The notes beneath the pieces were generated by a model, which ran no database searches, was not told where the DNA came from, and saw nothing but the letters and a program-made list of their open reading frames with translations. The position numbers and the translations under genes are program-made. Below, in pieces: positions 1 to 9,103 of a stretch of DNA of 32,000 nt. The stretch comes from Rhodobacter capsulatus SB 1003. Lineage in GTDB: Bacteria > Pseudomonadota > Alphaproteobacteria > Rhodobacterales > Rhodobacteraceae. Each line of letters opens with the position of its first letter. Position 1 is the stretch's first letter. The stretch lies in the NCBI RefSeq assembly GCF_000021865.1, contig NC_014034.1, positions 30,001-62,000 on the forward strand, in the 5' to 3' direction.

Positions 1-1
1 A

Positions 2-649
2 CTGATCGCGCGCGCCTCGCTGGGGCTGCGGGCCAATCCGGGCGGTGGAGTTTTGAACCTCGCCATCCTGCCCACCTTCGGCACGCGCTGGCTGGCGCCG
101 CGGCTGGCCGGTTTTCTGGCGGAAAACCCGGGGGTGACGCTGAACCTGGGCACGCGGCTGCGGCCCTTCGATTTCGCCACCGAGACTTTCGATGCCGCGA
201 TCCATTTCGGTATCCGGCCCTGGCCCGATGCCGAGCAGATGCTGCTGTTCGAGGAACGCATCATCGCCGCCTGTTCCGAAGATTTCGCCCGCACCCATCC
301 GATGCAAAGCCCGACGGATCTGCTCGATCAGTCTCTGTTGCAGCTGGAATCGCGCCCGAATGCCTGGACGGCCTGGTTCGCGCATCACGGGCTGCAGGCG
401 CCTGCCACGCGCGGGATCATGTTCGATCAATTCGCGCCGATGATGCAGGCGGCCGCGCATGGCGTCGGCATCGCGCTTTTGCCCGAGTTTCTGGCGCTGC
501 CCGAAATCGCCGAGGGGCGCTTGATCCGCACCCCGGGCGAAGCCGTCTCGGGCGTCGGCGCCTATTACCTTGTCTGGCCCGAGGGCGTCGCCCCCTCGCC
601 CGCGCTGGTGGCGTTCCGCGACTGGATCGGCCGGGCCGCGGCTCAGTAA
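2..649 (+). CDS. LysR-family transcriptional regulator, C-terminal effector-binding part (5' end outside window)
   Basis: The frame is open from base 2, with no stop before the TTG at 53 listed in the ORF track, so the gene enters from the left edge. The layout is a typical LysR substrate-binding domain (LNLAILPTFGTRWLAPRLAGF..., C-terminal ...YYLVWPEG...ALVAFRDWI). It resembles the GcvA/AmpR/HvrB subgroup. Stop TAA is at 647-649. Confidence 0.8.
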   Translation: MIARASLGLRANPGGGVLNLAILPTFGTRWLAPRLAGFLAENPGVTLNLGTRLRPFDFATETFDAAIHFGIRPWPDAEQMLLFEERIIAACSEDFARTHPMQSPTDLLDQSLLQLESRPNAWTAWFAHHGLQAPATRGIMFDQFAPMMQAAAHGVGIALLPEFLALPEIAEGRLIRTPGEAVSGVGAYYLVWPEGVAPSPALVAFRDWIGRAAAQ

Positions 650-3600
650 TCCTTTTCGAAGAATACCCCAAGCGAGCTGTCCCCCGCCGAACCGACCGAG
701 GCCTTGGCGGTGATCTGTTTGGTGATGTCGAGGTTCAAGGTCACCTCGGCCTGACCGGAACTGTCCACCGACACGTCGGAATAGACGTTCTTCGCCAGAT
801 ACTTGCCCGCTTTCACCGTGGCATTGCCGCTGTCATCCGTGCCGACATCGAGATCATCGAGGCCAAAGCCCTGCCGCAGCTTCGACACGATGCCATCGCC
901 GCCCTTGCCCGCGAGCGTCGCCACCGCCGAGGCCAGCTGTGCCGCCTGCAGCGGCGAAAGGTTGGTCAGCCCCTTGTCGAACAGCAGCCGGGCCAGAACC
1001 TCTTCCTCGGGCAGTTCGGGCGATGAAGAAATGGTCAGATCGGGCGCGGTCGCCGCGCCTTCCAGCGTCAGGGAAATGTCCAGATCCTCCTGCGCCGTCG
1101 TCGCCTTGAACATCACCCAGGGCACCAGAGCGCCCTGCAGCGCCACCTGCCCGTCGGTCAGATCGAAGCGCTTGCCCAGAACGTCCAGCCGTCCGCGGAT
1201 CAGGCTGAACTGACCGACCGGAACGATCTTCGCCGTGGTGCCGGTGACGCGCAGCTGCCCGCCCAGCTCGGCATCCAGCCCGCGACCGCGCACGAAGATC
1301 TGCTGCGGCGCGGAAACCGACACGTCGAGCGCGATCGCCCTGCCGCCCCCGTTCGCCGCCCTGGCGGTTTCAATCAGCCCCGCGCGCTGCCGCGTCTGAC
1401 GCACCGCGCCGGGTTCGTGCCGATGCGTGATCGCGGGGATCGCCCCGGCCCCGCCCAGCCCGCCCGCGGGGATCCGCAGCTCGGTTTCCTCCAGCGTCAG
1501 CGCGCCGGAAATCCGCAGCGCGCCAGTCAGACCGCCGTTGACCGCCAGCTTGCCACTGACGCGGGTGTCGTAAAGCTCGGGGTCGCGCAGCCGGGCGCGG
1601 TCCAGCACCAGCGCCAGTTTCGCCGGAAAGGGCCCGGTCAGACCGACAGGCCCCGACAGCGAAAGCCCGCCGCCGCCCGCGAAACTGGCCTGACCCGACA
1701 GCTGCGCCGTGCCATTGGCCAGTTTCGCCTGCAGATCCACATCGCTCAGCGCCTGCCCCAAAGTCGGGGCCGCCACGCGCAGGTTCGACCCCATGACCTG
1801 CCCGGAAAGCGCCGAAAGCCCCGGCTTGCCCTTCAGCGCCAGATCGAAGGTCAGCGGCCCCTGCACCGATTGCGGCTCGATGAAACTGTTTGCCAGCGCG
1901 GTCTCGGCCCGGCCCGAAATCGCCAGATCGACGCTGGAGGCATCGGCGGCCATCGTGCCCTTGACCGTCGCCTGCGTGCCGCCCGGCCCGGTGCCGCGCA
2001 GATCCAGCCCGTAGCGGGCGCCCTGATCGGTCAGGCTGCCCGAAATCGCCAGCGGCCCCGGAAAGCCGGGCGCCAGCAGCGCGACATTCGAGAGTTTGGT
2101 GGACAGATCGAAGACCTTCGGCTGATCCTTGCGCGGCTTGGCCGAGGCGGACAGCTGCGGCGTGGACAGGGTCAGATCGGCCAGATGGAAGGTGCCGCCG
2201 TCTTGCCGGAAGCTCAGCGCAAAACGGCTCTCTCCCGCCAGAATCCGGTTCAGGCTCGGCTGCGGCAGCGCCATGTTCCGCGCCGTCCCGCTGACCGAGA
2301 TCCCCCGCGCATTGAGCGGCCCGGACAGGTGCGCCTCGATCGCCACCGCGCCGCCGTAACCGGCGCCAAGACGCCCGAGATTCGGCGCCTGAAGCCGGGC
2401 AGACAGCGTGCTCTCGCTGCTGCTGATCGTCCCCGAGGCTTGCAGCGTCGCCCCCCCGGCCTCGGCCGCCAGTTGGCGCAGGGTCAGACCCTTGTCATCC
2501 CGCGCCGCCGAAAGAAGGATCTTCGCCTGTCCCGCCAAAAGCGCATCCGCCTGCGCCTGATCCAGATGCAGATCGGTCGCGTCAAGATCGGCTTCGGCCT
2601 CGAAGGCGCCGCTGGAAAGGACATAGGTGCCGTCAAGATGGGTCGAAACAGAGCCGGACAGGGCCCGGCCCGCCAGCGCGGAGAGGCTTGCCAGCTTGCG
2701 GTGCGACGCCTCGAGATGACCGGAAAGCGCCAGATCCTCGCCCAGCGCGAACCGGCCGCGGACGGTGGCATCGCGGGTGCCAAGGGTCAGGCCGGGCACG
2801 GTCAGCGGATGCCCCTTTTGCCAGAAGAATTGCAGCTTGCCCGAGGCAAAGGGGCCCAGCGCCTCGGCCAGGGCGGCATCGGCGGGGGCCAGCCCGGTCG
2901 CGATCAGGGTCAAGGCCCCGCCCACCGTCTGCGGCCCGATCCGGCCCGACCCGGACAGGCTGAGCCGGTCGAGCACATCCGCGCCGCGCGCAAGCCCGGT
3001 CAGGTCGGAGACCAGGCTCCAGCCCTCGCCGGTGGCGCGATCATAGCGCAGCTTCACCTGACCGCCGCGCAGGCTGACCGGGTCACCGGACAGCGGCAGA
3101 ACCACGGGCGCGCCCCCCTCGATCCCCAGCTTTGCCGTCAGATCGAAACGGTCGGGAAGACCGTCGGGGCGCAGATCAAGCCCGCCCGAGAGACTGACCG
3201 CCTGCCCGCGCAGATCCAGCTGGCGCAGCCGCACCATCCCGGTGGTGCTGCGCTCGCCCAGAAAATCCAGCCGCGTCTCGGGCCCGAAGAAGTCGCGATA
3301 GGCCTCGGGCAGCAGCGCCGCGACATCGCCGCCAAGACTTGCCGCCACCGTCCGGGCGCCGTTCTTGCCGGTCAGCGCCACCGTGCCGGTGATCCGCGAC
3401 ACGCCCGCAGTGCCCAGCAGCACATCGGCCTTGAAATCGTCCAGACTGCCCAACCCGCTCATCGACAGCGTCAGCGACGGCCGCCCCGGCAGGCCGATCA
3501 GCCCCGCGGCAATGCCGTCCTGCGCTTCGGTCAAGAGCATATCCAGAAGCAGCGCCCGGCTGTCCTCGACATAGCTGGCCTTGAGCGCGAAGCGCCCCTT

Positions 3601-4143
3601 GCGCCCGTCGGTGCGGATTGCGGTCAGGTCGGTTTCACCGTCCCCGCCCGACAGCCGCAGCGCCCCTTCCAGCTGAAATTCGGCCGCCTGCCCCAGAACG
3701 GGCGCGCCCAGAACCACCTTTTCCGCCTTTACAGAGCCGATGTCGACCGCGACCGGCAGCTTCGGCAGGGAAAACGGTTTCGCCTCGGGCGGGGTTTCCT
3801 GCGGCGGCGCCACCGGCAGACGCGGCAGATCGATCTCGGCGGCCGAAAGTTCCTCGACCGAAATCCGGCCCAGCAGCAGCGCCGCCCGGTCCCAAGTCAC
3901 GGCGCCATTGCGCAGGGTCAGCCAGACCCCCTGATCGTCGGCGATCGTCAGCGTGTCGAAACTGGCCCGCGAGGACAACGCGCCGCGGAACCCTTCCAGC
4001 CGGATCTCGCGCCCGGCGCCGGAGAGATTGTCCTCGATCAGGCCGGTCAGATAGGACCGGTCGCGTTCGGTCTGGGCGGGGTCCGCCTCCTGCGCCAGGG
4101 CGGGAAGCGGCAACAGAAGAAGGGGAAGAAGCCACCACCGCAT
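643..4143 (-). CDS. tamB: Translocation and assembly module protein TamB (DUF490 family)
   Basis: 1166 aa. It has an N-terminal signal-anchor (MRWWLLPLLLLPLPALA), a long Gly/Ala/Leu/Ser-rich beta-type body and a TamB/DUF490-like C-terminus (...GKYLAKNVYSDVSVDSSGQAEVTLNLDIT...FFEKDY). ATG 4143-4141 overlaps the TGA of the upstream Omp85 gene (TGATG). This is the canonical tamA-tamB pairing. Confidence 0.85.
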   Translation of the reverse strand: MRWWLLPLLLLPLPALAQEADPAQTERDRSYLTGLIEDNLSGAGREIRLEGFRGALSSRASFDTLTIADDQGVWLTLRNGAVTWDRAALLLGRISVEELSAAEIDLPRLPVAPPQETPPEAKPFSLPKLPVAVDIGSVKAEKVVLGAPVLGQAAEFQLEGALRLSGGDGETDLTAIRTDGRKGRFALKASYVEDSRALLLDMLLTEAQDGIAAGLIGLPGRPSLTLSMSGLGSLDDFKADVLLGTAGVSRITGTVALTGKNGARTVAASLGGDVAALLPEAYRDFFGPETRLDFLGERSTTGMVRLRQLDLRGQAVSLSGGLDLRPDGLPDRFDLTAKLGIEGGAPVVLPLSGDPVSLRGGQVKLRYDRATGEGWSLVSDLTGLARGADVLDRLSLSGSGRIGPQTVGGALTLIATGLAPADAALAEALGPFASGKLQFFWQKGHPLTVPGLTLGTRDATVRGRFALGEDLALSGHLEASHRKLASLSALAGRALSGSVSTHLDGTYVLSSGAFEAEADLDATDLHLDQAQADALLAGQAKILLSAARDDKGLTLRQLAAEAGGATLQASGTISSSESTLSARLQAPNLGRLGAGYGGAVAIEAHLSGPLNARGISVSGTARNMALPQPSLNRILAGESRFALSFRQDGGTFHLADLTLSTPQLSASAKPRKDQPKVFDLSTKLSNVALLAPGFPGPLAISGSLTDQGARYGLDLRGTGPGGTQATVKGTMAADASSVDLAISGRAETALANSFIEPQSVQGPLTFDLALKGKPGLSALSGQVMGSNLRVAAPTLGQALSDVDLQAKLANGTAQLSGQASFAGGGGLSLSGPVGLTGPFPAKLALVLDRARLRDPELYDTRVSGKLAVNGGLTGALRISGALTLEETELRIPAGGLGGAGAIPAITHRHEPGAVRQTRQRAGLIETARAANGGGRAIALDVSVSAPQQIFVRGRGLDAELGGQLRVTGTTAKIVPVGQFSLIRGRLDVLGKRFDLTDGQVALQGALVPWVMFKATTAQEDLDISLTLEGAATAPDLTISSSPELPEEEVLARLLFDKGLTNLSPLQAAQLASAVATLAGKGGDGIVSKLRQGFGLDDLDVGTDDSGNATVKAGKYLAKNVYSDVSVDSSGQAEVTLNLDITKQITAKASVGSAGDSSLGVFFEKDY

Positions 4144-5957
4144 CAGAACGCCTGCCCTATGCCAAGATAGAGTTGCGGGCCGTCGCCCGTGGAGCCATCG
4201 ACCGGGGCGGCCACATCCAGCCGGATCGGGCCGATCGGGGTCTTGTAGCGCAGGCCAAGGCCCGCGCCGGAATGCCAGTCGCCGCCGTCGCCGAAGAAAT
4301 CCGAGGCGCTGATGTAGCCCGCGTCGTAAAAGGCAACGACGCCGATCTTTTCGGTGACGCCCGCGCGCAACTCGGCCGAGAGCCCGACAAAGCGGGTGCC
4401 GCCGGTGTGCAGCGTGCCGCCCTGCAGTTCCCTGACGCCCAGCGCCTGATAGGGTTGCCCGCGCACGGTGCCGCCGCCGCCGGAATAGAACAGGTAATCC
4501 CGCGGCGTTTCCGCCAGATCAGAGCCGAAAACGCCGCCGATCTGCGCCCGTCCGGCCAGCACGAAGCGGTCATTGGCGCCAAAGCCGCGATAGGCGCGGA
4601 AATCGCCCTGCAGCCGCGCCCCGGATCCGGTGGTGCCCAGCCCGTAAAACGGCATCAGATCGAGTTTCGCATAGGTTCCGCGCGTCGCATCGGCGGGCAG
4701 ATTGCGGTTTTCCCAGGTCGCGGACATCGGGAAGGTCATCTGCCGATAGATCAGCTCGCCTGCGCCATCCTCGATCTTCGCCCATTCATAGCCGATCCCG
4801 GCCTCGGCCGAGAGTTTCGCGCTGAAGATATGGCTGAGCCCGAAGCTGAGTCCGTAACCGCTCAGCGTGTAATCATCCTCGTGCTCGCGGGCGATTTCGG
4901 TTTTCAGGAAGGCGGCGGTGTCGGGCGAGAAAGTGGCGGGCCGGTCCAGCCGGGCGCCGAAACTGTAATCGGTGCCGCCGCTGCCGACGCCGACACCGGA
5001 GACCTCGGCGTCCAGCCGCAGCTTTTCGCCGCCGCCCAGCAGATTGCGGTGCAGCCAATAGCCCGAGAGCTTGCCGCCATCCGAGGTCGAGACCTCGGCG
5101 CCAAAGCCGAGACGGCGCAGCTTCGCCTCGACCACGGTCAGTTCGCCGTCCAGCAACCGGCCGTCGCGCAGGGTGTCGGCTTCGGTCAGCGTCACCGCGC
5201 TGAAAATGCCGGTGCGGCGCAGCCGGTTGCGGACTTCCTCGAGGGCGGCGGGCGAGAAGACCTCTCCCGAGGGGAACCCGGCGATCTTCGCAAGGCGGGC
5301 GCTGCGCAGCCGTTCGTTGCCGGTCATCTGCAGCGTGCCGAACCAGGCCTGCGGACCGGGATCAAGCGCGATCTCGGCCGCCAGTTCCTGATTGCGGTGA
5401 TCGGCGGTGATCGTCTGCCGCGCCACCGCAGCCTTGGCATGGCCCGCATCGCGCCAGGCCGAGACACCGTTGCCCGTCGCCGCGACGATGGCCGAGGACC
5501 GCGCCACCTCGCTCACGCGAAAGCTGGGCGGCAGCTGCGTCACTGGCGCCAGCGGACCGATCGTGGCGCGGGAAAACCGGAACACCGGGCCGGGATCGAC
5601 CCGGATTTCGACCTTGCCGATCCGGGCGGGCGCATCCATCGGCGCGATCGTCGCCGCCTCGCGCCCGTCGATCAGGATCGAGACCGTGCCGCCATAGCGG
5701 CCCTCGTCATAAAGCGCGCCGATCAGCCGGGCGTAATCGGCCCGTGCCGCGCCGAACAGATCCTGGGCATCGGCCTCCTTGTTGCCCGCCGCCTCGCGCG
5801 ACAGGGACACCTGGGAAAGCGCCCTCGACAGCGCCGCATCGGGCGCCGGAAGCTCCAGCCGGAACTCCGTCTCGGCCAGGGCCGCCCCGGCACAGGCGGC
5901 GACAAAAACGATCACGCTTGCGGAAAGACGCGCAGACACCACCACCCCCCGGTCCAT
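4143..5957 (-). CDS. tamA: Omp85/BamA-family outer membrane protein TamA
   Basis: 604 aa. It has a signal peptide (...VFVAACAGAALA/ETE), a POTRA-like N-terminal part and a beta-barrel ending in the OMP signature (...LYLGIGQAF). It is translationally coupled to tamB by a 1-nt stop/start overlap. Confidence 0.85.
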   Translation of the reverse strand: MDRGVVVSARLSASVIVFVAACAGAALAETEFRLELPAPDAALSRALSQVSLSREAAGNKEADAQDLFGAARADYARLIGALYDEGRYGGTVSILIDGREAATIAPMDAPARIGKVEIRVDPGPVFRFSRATIGPLAPVTQLPPSFRVSEVARSSAIVAATGNGVSAWRDAGHAKAAVARQTITADHRNQELAAEIALDPGPQAWFGTLQMTGNERLRSARLAKIAGFPSGEVFSPAALEEVRNRLRRTGIFSAVTLTEADTLRDGRLLDGELTVVEAKLRRLGFGAEVSTSDGGKLSGYWLHRNLLGGGEKLRLDAEVSGVGVGSGGTDYSFGARLDRPATFSPDTAAFLKTEIAREHEDDYTLSGYGLSFGLSHIFSAKLSAEAGIGYEWAKIEDGAGELIYRQMTFPMSATWENRNLPADATRGTYAKLDLMPFYGLGTTGSGARLQGDFRAYRGFGANDRFVLAGRAQIGGVFGSDLAETPRDYLFYSGGGGTVRGQPYQALGVRELQGGTLHTGGTRFVGLSAELRAGVTEKIGVVAFYDAGYISASDFFGDGGDWHSGAGLGLRYKTPIGPIRLDVAAPVDGSTGDGPQLYLGIGQAF

Positions 5958-6046
5958 ACAGGCTGAATGATGCAGCTTTGCGCGCGGATTGCCAGAGCCA
6001 GCTTTGCCGGGCGGTGGGTTTTTGCCGTTTTCCGCGATCGCGCCCG

Positions 6047-6577
6047 TCAGCCGCGCAGGATCGATCCGAAAATCCGGTCAAGATGGCTCGACAGATAGAT
6101 GTTGAGCCATTTCGAGAACCGCTCGGGATGCCGACCGGCCTCGGCCGCCAGATCGTAAAGGCCGATCCAGCGCACCTCGGCCACTTCGCGCGGATCGGGG
6201 GTGATCCGCATATGCGGTTTGGCATAGGCCAGATAGATGTCGACCACCTCATGCTCGATCATGCCGCCGCCGACATCGGCGCGATATTCCAGCCGGTCGG
6301 CATGGGCGGGATAAAGCCCGGTGATCCCCAGCTCCTCGCGCAGCCGCCGCACCGCGCATTCCTCGGGGCGTTCGGTCCAGCCCGGATGGGTGCAGCAGGT
6401 GTTCGCCCAAAGCCCGGGAGAGTGATATTTCTCCTCCGAGCGGCGCTGGATCAGCACGTTTTCGCCATCCATGACGAAAACAGACACCGCCTTGTGGCGG
6501 AGCCCTTTCAAATGCACCTCCAACTTGTCCACCGGAGCCAGTCTGTCACCAACCCAGGCGGGTATAAGCTCACTCAT
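6047..6577 (-). CDS. idi: Isopentenyl-diphosphate delta-isomerase, type 1 (Nudix fold)
   Basis: 176 aa. It carries the type-1 IDI motifs WANTCCTHP (catalytic Cys region), the ECAVRRLREELGI Nudix box and ...MIEHEVVD... Length and sequence fit my recollection of R. capsulatus idi (ORF176). ATG is at 6577-6575, with no obvious SD upstream. Confidence 0.9.
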   Translation of the reverse strand: MSELIPAWVGDRLAPVDKLEVHLKGLRHKAVSVFVMDGENVLIQRRSEEKYHSPGLWANTCCTHPGWTERPEECAVRRLREELGITGLYPAHADRLEYRADVGGGMIEHEVVDIYLAYAKPHMRITPDPREVAEVRWIGLYDLAAEAGRHPERFSKWLNIYLSSHLDRIFGSILRG

Positions 6578-6589
6578 GTGACCGACCCG

Positions 6590-6623
6590 AAAGCAAAAGC
6601 CATCGCATTTTGAATGCGATGGC
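6590..6623 (-). terminator. Rho-independent terminator downstream of secB
   Basis: Perfect 11-bp stem: GCCATCGCATT (6599-6609) pairs with AATGCGATGGC (6613-6623) around a 3-nt loop. On the minus strand it is followed by UUUUGCUUU (complement of 6590-6598). All pairs were checked base by base. Confidence 0.8.
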
Positions 6624-6692
6624 CTGCGGTGTCAGCGGGTCACCTTGTCCCTGAGGCACGTTGACGCGCCGAAAATATCAACCCTTGGTTGA

Positions 6693-7187
6693 TCAGTTCA
6701 CCAATGCTTCACTTGCCTTTTGCGCCTCGGCGCGGCGGGCCAGTTCGGCCCGATAGAGCGCGACGAAATCGACCGGATCGAGGTTGAAGGGCGGGAAACC
6801 GCCGTCGCGGGTCACATCCGAGACAATGCGCCGCACATAGGGGAAAAGCTGGCGCGGGCATTCGATCAGCAGGAAGGGATGCATCTGATCTTCGGGCACG
6901 CCCTCGATGTGGAAGATGCCGCCGTAGTCGATTTCCAGCAGGTAAAGCGCCGAATTCGTCGCCTTGTTGGTCGAGGTGATCTTGAATTTGGTGATCACCT
7001 CGTACTGATGCTCGGCCGGGCGCTTGCGGGCGTCGAGGCTGACCTGCACCTGCATTTCCGGCTGCACTTCCGGGCTTTGCAGCCCGTTCAGCGCCACCGC
7101 ATTCTCAAACGACATGTCCCGCACGAATTGCGCGAGGATGCTCATCTTCATCTGCGGCTGGGCCGCCTCGTTCGGGACTTCGGTCAT
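6693..7187 (-). CDS. secB: Protein-export chaperone SecB
   Basis: 164 aa with SecB-like sequence throughout (ILAQFVRDMSFENA...; ...IEGVPEDQMHPFLLIECPRQLFPYVRRIVSDVTRDGGFPPFNLDPVDF). A GGAG SD lies about 8 nt upstream of ATG 7187. Confidence 0.9.
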   Translation of the reverse strand: MTEVPNEAAQPQMKMSILAQFVRDMSFENAVALNGLQSPEVQPEMQVQVSLDARKRPAEHQYEVITKFKITSTNKATNSALYLLEIDYGGIFHIEGVPEDQMHPFLLIECPRQLFPYVRRIVSDVTRDGGFPPFNLDPVDFVALYRAELARRAEAQKASEALVN

Positions 7188-7236
7188 GGGTCACTCCAGA
7201 ATATCTGCGATCTTCTAGCATTCCGGGGCAGGTGTC

Positions 7237-7728
7237 TCAATGGCGTGTCCAGCCCGAATTCCCCTTGATCGACGGGTTTTTCGGATCGATTTCCTGAAAG
7301 TCGCCGTCGATCACCTGCCCGGCATCGGCACCCGGCCGGGGCGCCTGCGCCATCGTGCCGAAGCCCTGGCCAAAGCCCTGCACCACCACCCGTTTCGACA
7401 GCCGCGCGATCAGCAGCCTGCGCAGCGGCGGCACCAGCAAAAGCAGCCCGAGCGTATCGGTCAGAAACCCGGGCAGAATCAGCAGCCCCCCGGCCACGAG
7501 GATCAGCGCCTCCTCGGCCAGCGGCACGGCCGGATTGCCGATCCCCGCCATCGCCTGGCGCAGCCCGGCCTGCGCCCGGTCGCCTTGCGCGCGCAGCACC
7601 GCGATGCCCAGCGCCGCCGTGCCCAGAACCAGCCCCAGTGTCGGCCAAAGCCCCAGCCGCCCGCCGATCTCGACGAAAAGACCGATTTCGATCAGCGGCC
7701 AGGCGATCAGCAGGATGAAAAACCACAT
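7237..7728 (-). CDS. fxsA: FxsA-family cytoplasmic membrane protein
   Basis: 163 aa. The N-terminus MWFFILLIAWPLIEIGLFVEIGGRLG and the following TM helices are typical of FxsA/UPF0716. A GGAGGT SD lies 5 nt upstream of ATG 7728. Confidence 0.8.
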   Translation of the reverse strand: MWFFILLIAWPLIEIGLFVEIGGRLGLWPTLGLVLGTAALGIAVLRAQGDRAQAGLRQAMAGIGNPAVPLAEEALILVAGGLLILPGFLTDTLGLLLLVPPLRRLLIARLSKRVVVQGFGQGFGTMAQAPRPGADAGQVIDGDFQEIDPKNPSIKGNSGWTRH

Positions 7729-7838
7729 TGTTACCTCCGAAGGTGGGACAAGGGCGTCGGTGGACTTGAACGAAGCGCTCCCTTACATAAGTGGGAGAAG
7801 CACACGTTCCAATCGTCAACATCGCCGCGGAAAAGCCC

Positions 7839-8498
7839 ATGAGCCCAGCACTGTTCCAGTTGATCGTTCTTGCCGCTATCGCGATCTTCCTGATCTTGAA
7901 GCTCAAGAGCGTTCTGGGCACCCGCGAGGGCTACGAAGACGAGCCGATGCCCGTCGAAGCCCCCGGGCCCCGCGCCGCCGACCGCTTCGAGGTGATCGAG
8001 GGCGGTCCCGATCATGACATCATCGACCATGTCCCCGAGGGTTCGGATGCCGCGGTGGCGCTGGCGCAGATGAAACGGGTCGAGCCCACGTTCAATGTCG
8101 GCGCCTTCCTGCAGGGCTCCAAGGTCGCCTATGAGATGATCCTGATGGCATTCGAACGCGGGGATCTGTCCGCGGTGCGGCGGTTCCTGGCGCCCGAGGT
8201 GCTGGAGGCCTTCGAGACCGCGGTGGCGGATCGGCAACGGCAGGGCCTGACCGTGGAGGCAAGTTTCCTTGGCCTGCGCGAGCTGGTGCTGACCGAGGCG
8301 AGCTTCAACGAGTCCTCGCGCGAGGCGGAGGTGACGGTGCGGTTCGGCGGCGAGCTGATCTCGGTGGCGCGGGATGCGAACGGGCAGATTGTCGAGGGCG
8401 ATCCGAAGGCGCCGCGCAAGCAGCGCGACAGCTGGACCTTTGCGCGCGTGATGGGCAGTTCCGATCCGAACTGGCAGCTTGTCGCCACGGGCGGCTGA
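7839..8498 (+). CDS. Tim44-like domain protein (membrane anchored)
   Basis: I prefer ATG 7839 over the upstream GTG 7791 listed in the track. One N-terminal TM helix (LFQLIVLAAIAIFLILKL) is followed by a Tim44-type C-terminal domain (...FLQGSKVAYEMILMAFERGD..., ...WTFARVMGSSDPNWQLVAT). It is divergent from fxsA-secB, an arrangement I recall as common in alphaproteobacteria. Confidence 0.8.
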   Translation: MSPALFQLIVLAAIAIFLILKLKSVLGTREGYEDEPMPVEAPGPRAADRFEVIEGGPDHDIIDHVPEGSDAAVALAQMKRVEPTFNVGAFLQGSKVAYEMILMAFERGDLSAVRRFLAPEVLEAFETAVADRQRQGLTVEASFLGLRELVLTEASFNESSREAEVTVRFGGELISVARDANGQIVEGDPKAPRKQRDSWTFARVMGSSDPNWQLVATGG

Positions 8499-8503
8499 GC
8501 CAG

Positions 8504-9103
8504 ATGCGACGGCGGCGGCTGCTTTCGGCGGAAGATCGCGATCTTTGGGAAAAAGTGGCCGCCACGACGCAGGCGATGCATCGTCACGCGCCGATTTCCG
8601 CCGAAACAGAGCCTGATCCGGCGCATCCGCCCCACCATCCGCCGAAAAAGCCCCGCTTCGAAATGAAGGATTTCCGCGTCGGTCAGCAGGCGCCGGAATT
8701 GGCCTGGCGGCTCGATCTGGCGCCGTCGATTTCGGACCAGCTGCACCGCCAGCCGATCGTGATGGACCGCAAGACCCACCGGGAAATGAGCCGCGGCAAG
8801 CTGGAACCCGAGGCGCGGATCGACCTGCATGGCATGACGCTGTCGCAGGCGCATCCGGAGCTGACGCATTTTCTGCTCTCGGCGCAGGATCGCGGCTGCC
8901 GTCTGGTGCTGGTGATCACCGGCAAGGGCAAGCGCGGCCTGGATGACGGGCCGATTCCGCAGCGTCAGGGCGTGCTGCGCCATCAGGTGCCGCAGTGGCT
9001 GCGCCTGCCGCCGCTCGGCGCCGTGGTGATGCAGGTGACCGAGGCGCATCTGAAACACGGCGGCTCCGGCGCCTATTACGTCTATCTGCGTCGGATGCGT
9101 TAA
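8504..9103 (+). CDS. Smr (MutS2-related small nuclease) domain protein
   Basis: 199 aa. The C-terminal Smr domain reads IDLHGMTLSQAHPELTHFLLSAQDRGCRLVLVITGKG...GGSGAYYVYL. It starts 5 nt after the Tim44-like stop, so the two are probably co-transcribed. Confidence 0.8.
   Translation: MRRRRLLSAEDRDLWEKVAATTQAMHRHAPISAETEPDPAHPPHHPPKKPRFEMKDFRVGQQAPELAWRLDLAPSISDQLHRQPIVMDRKTHREMSRGKLEPEARIDLHGMTLSQAHPELTHFLLSAQDRGCRLVLVITGKGKRGLDDGPIPQRQGVLRHQVPQWLRLPPLGAVVMQVTEAHLKHGGSGAYYVYLRRMR

Noticed and set aside
1417-5966. Very long plus-strand ORFs (1417-4170, 917 aa; 3618-5966, 782 aa) opposite tamB and tamA
   Set aside because: They are Arg/Pro/Gly/Gln-rich low-complexity translations, typical of antisense shadow ORFs in high-GC DNA. 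They have no SD or start context. The minus-strand frames encode recognisable TamB and TamA with signal peptides and an OMP C-terminus.
7729-7838. Sigma-70-like promoter TTGAAC ... ATAAGT/TAAGTG in the fxsA/Tim44-like divergent spacer
   Set aside because: The spacing is 15-16 nt and the -10 match is poor. It is mentioned only in passing because I cannot support it as a feature without TSS data.
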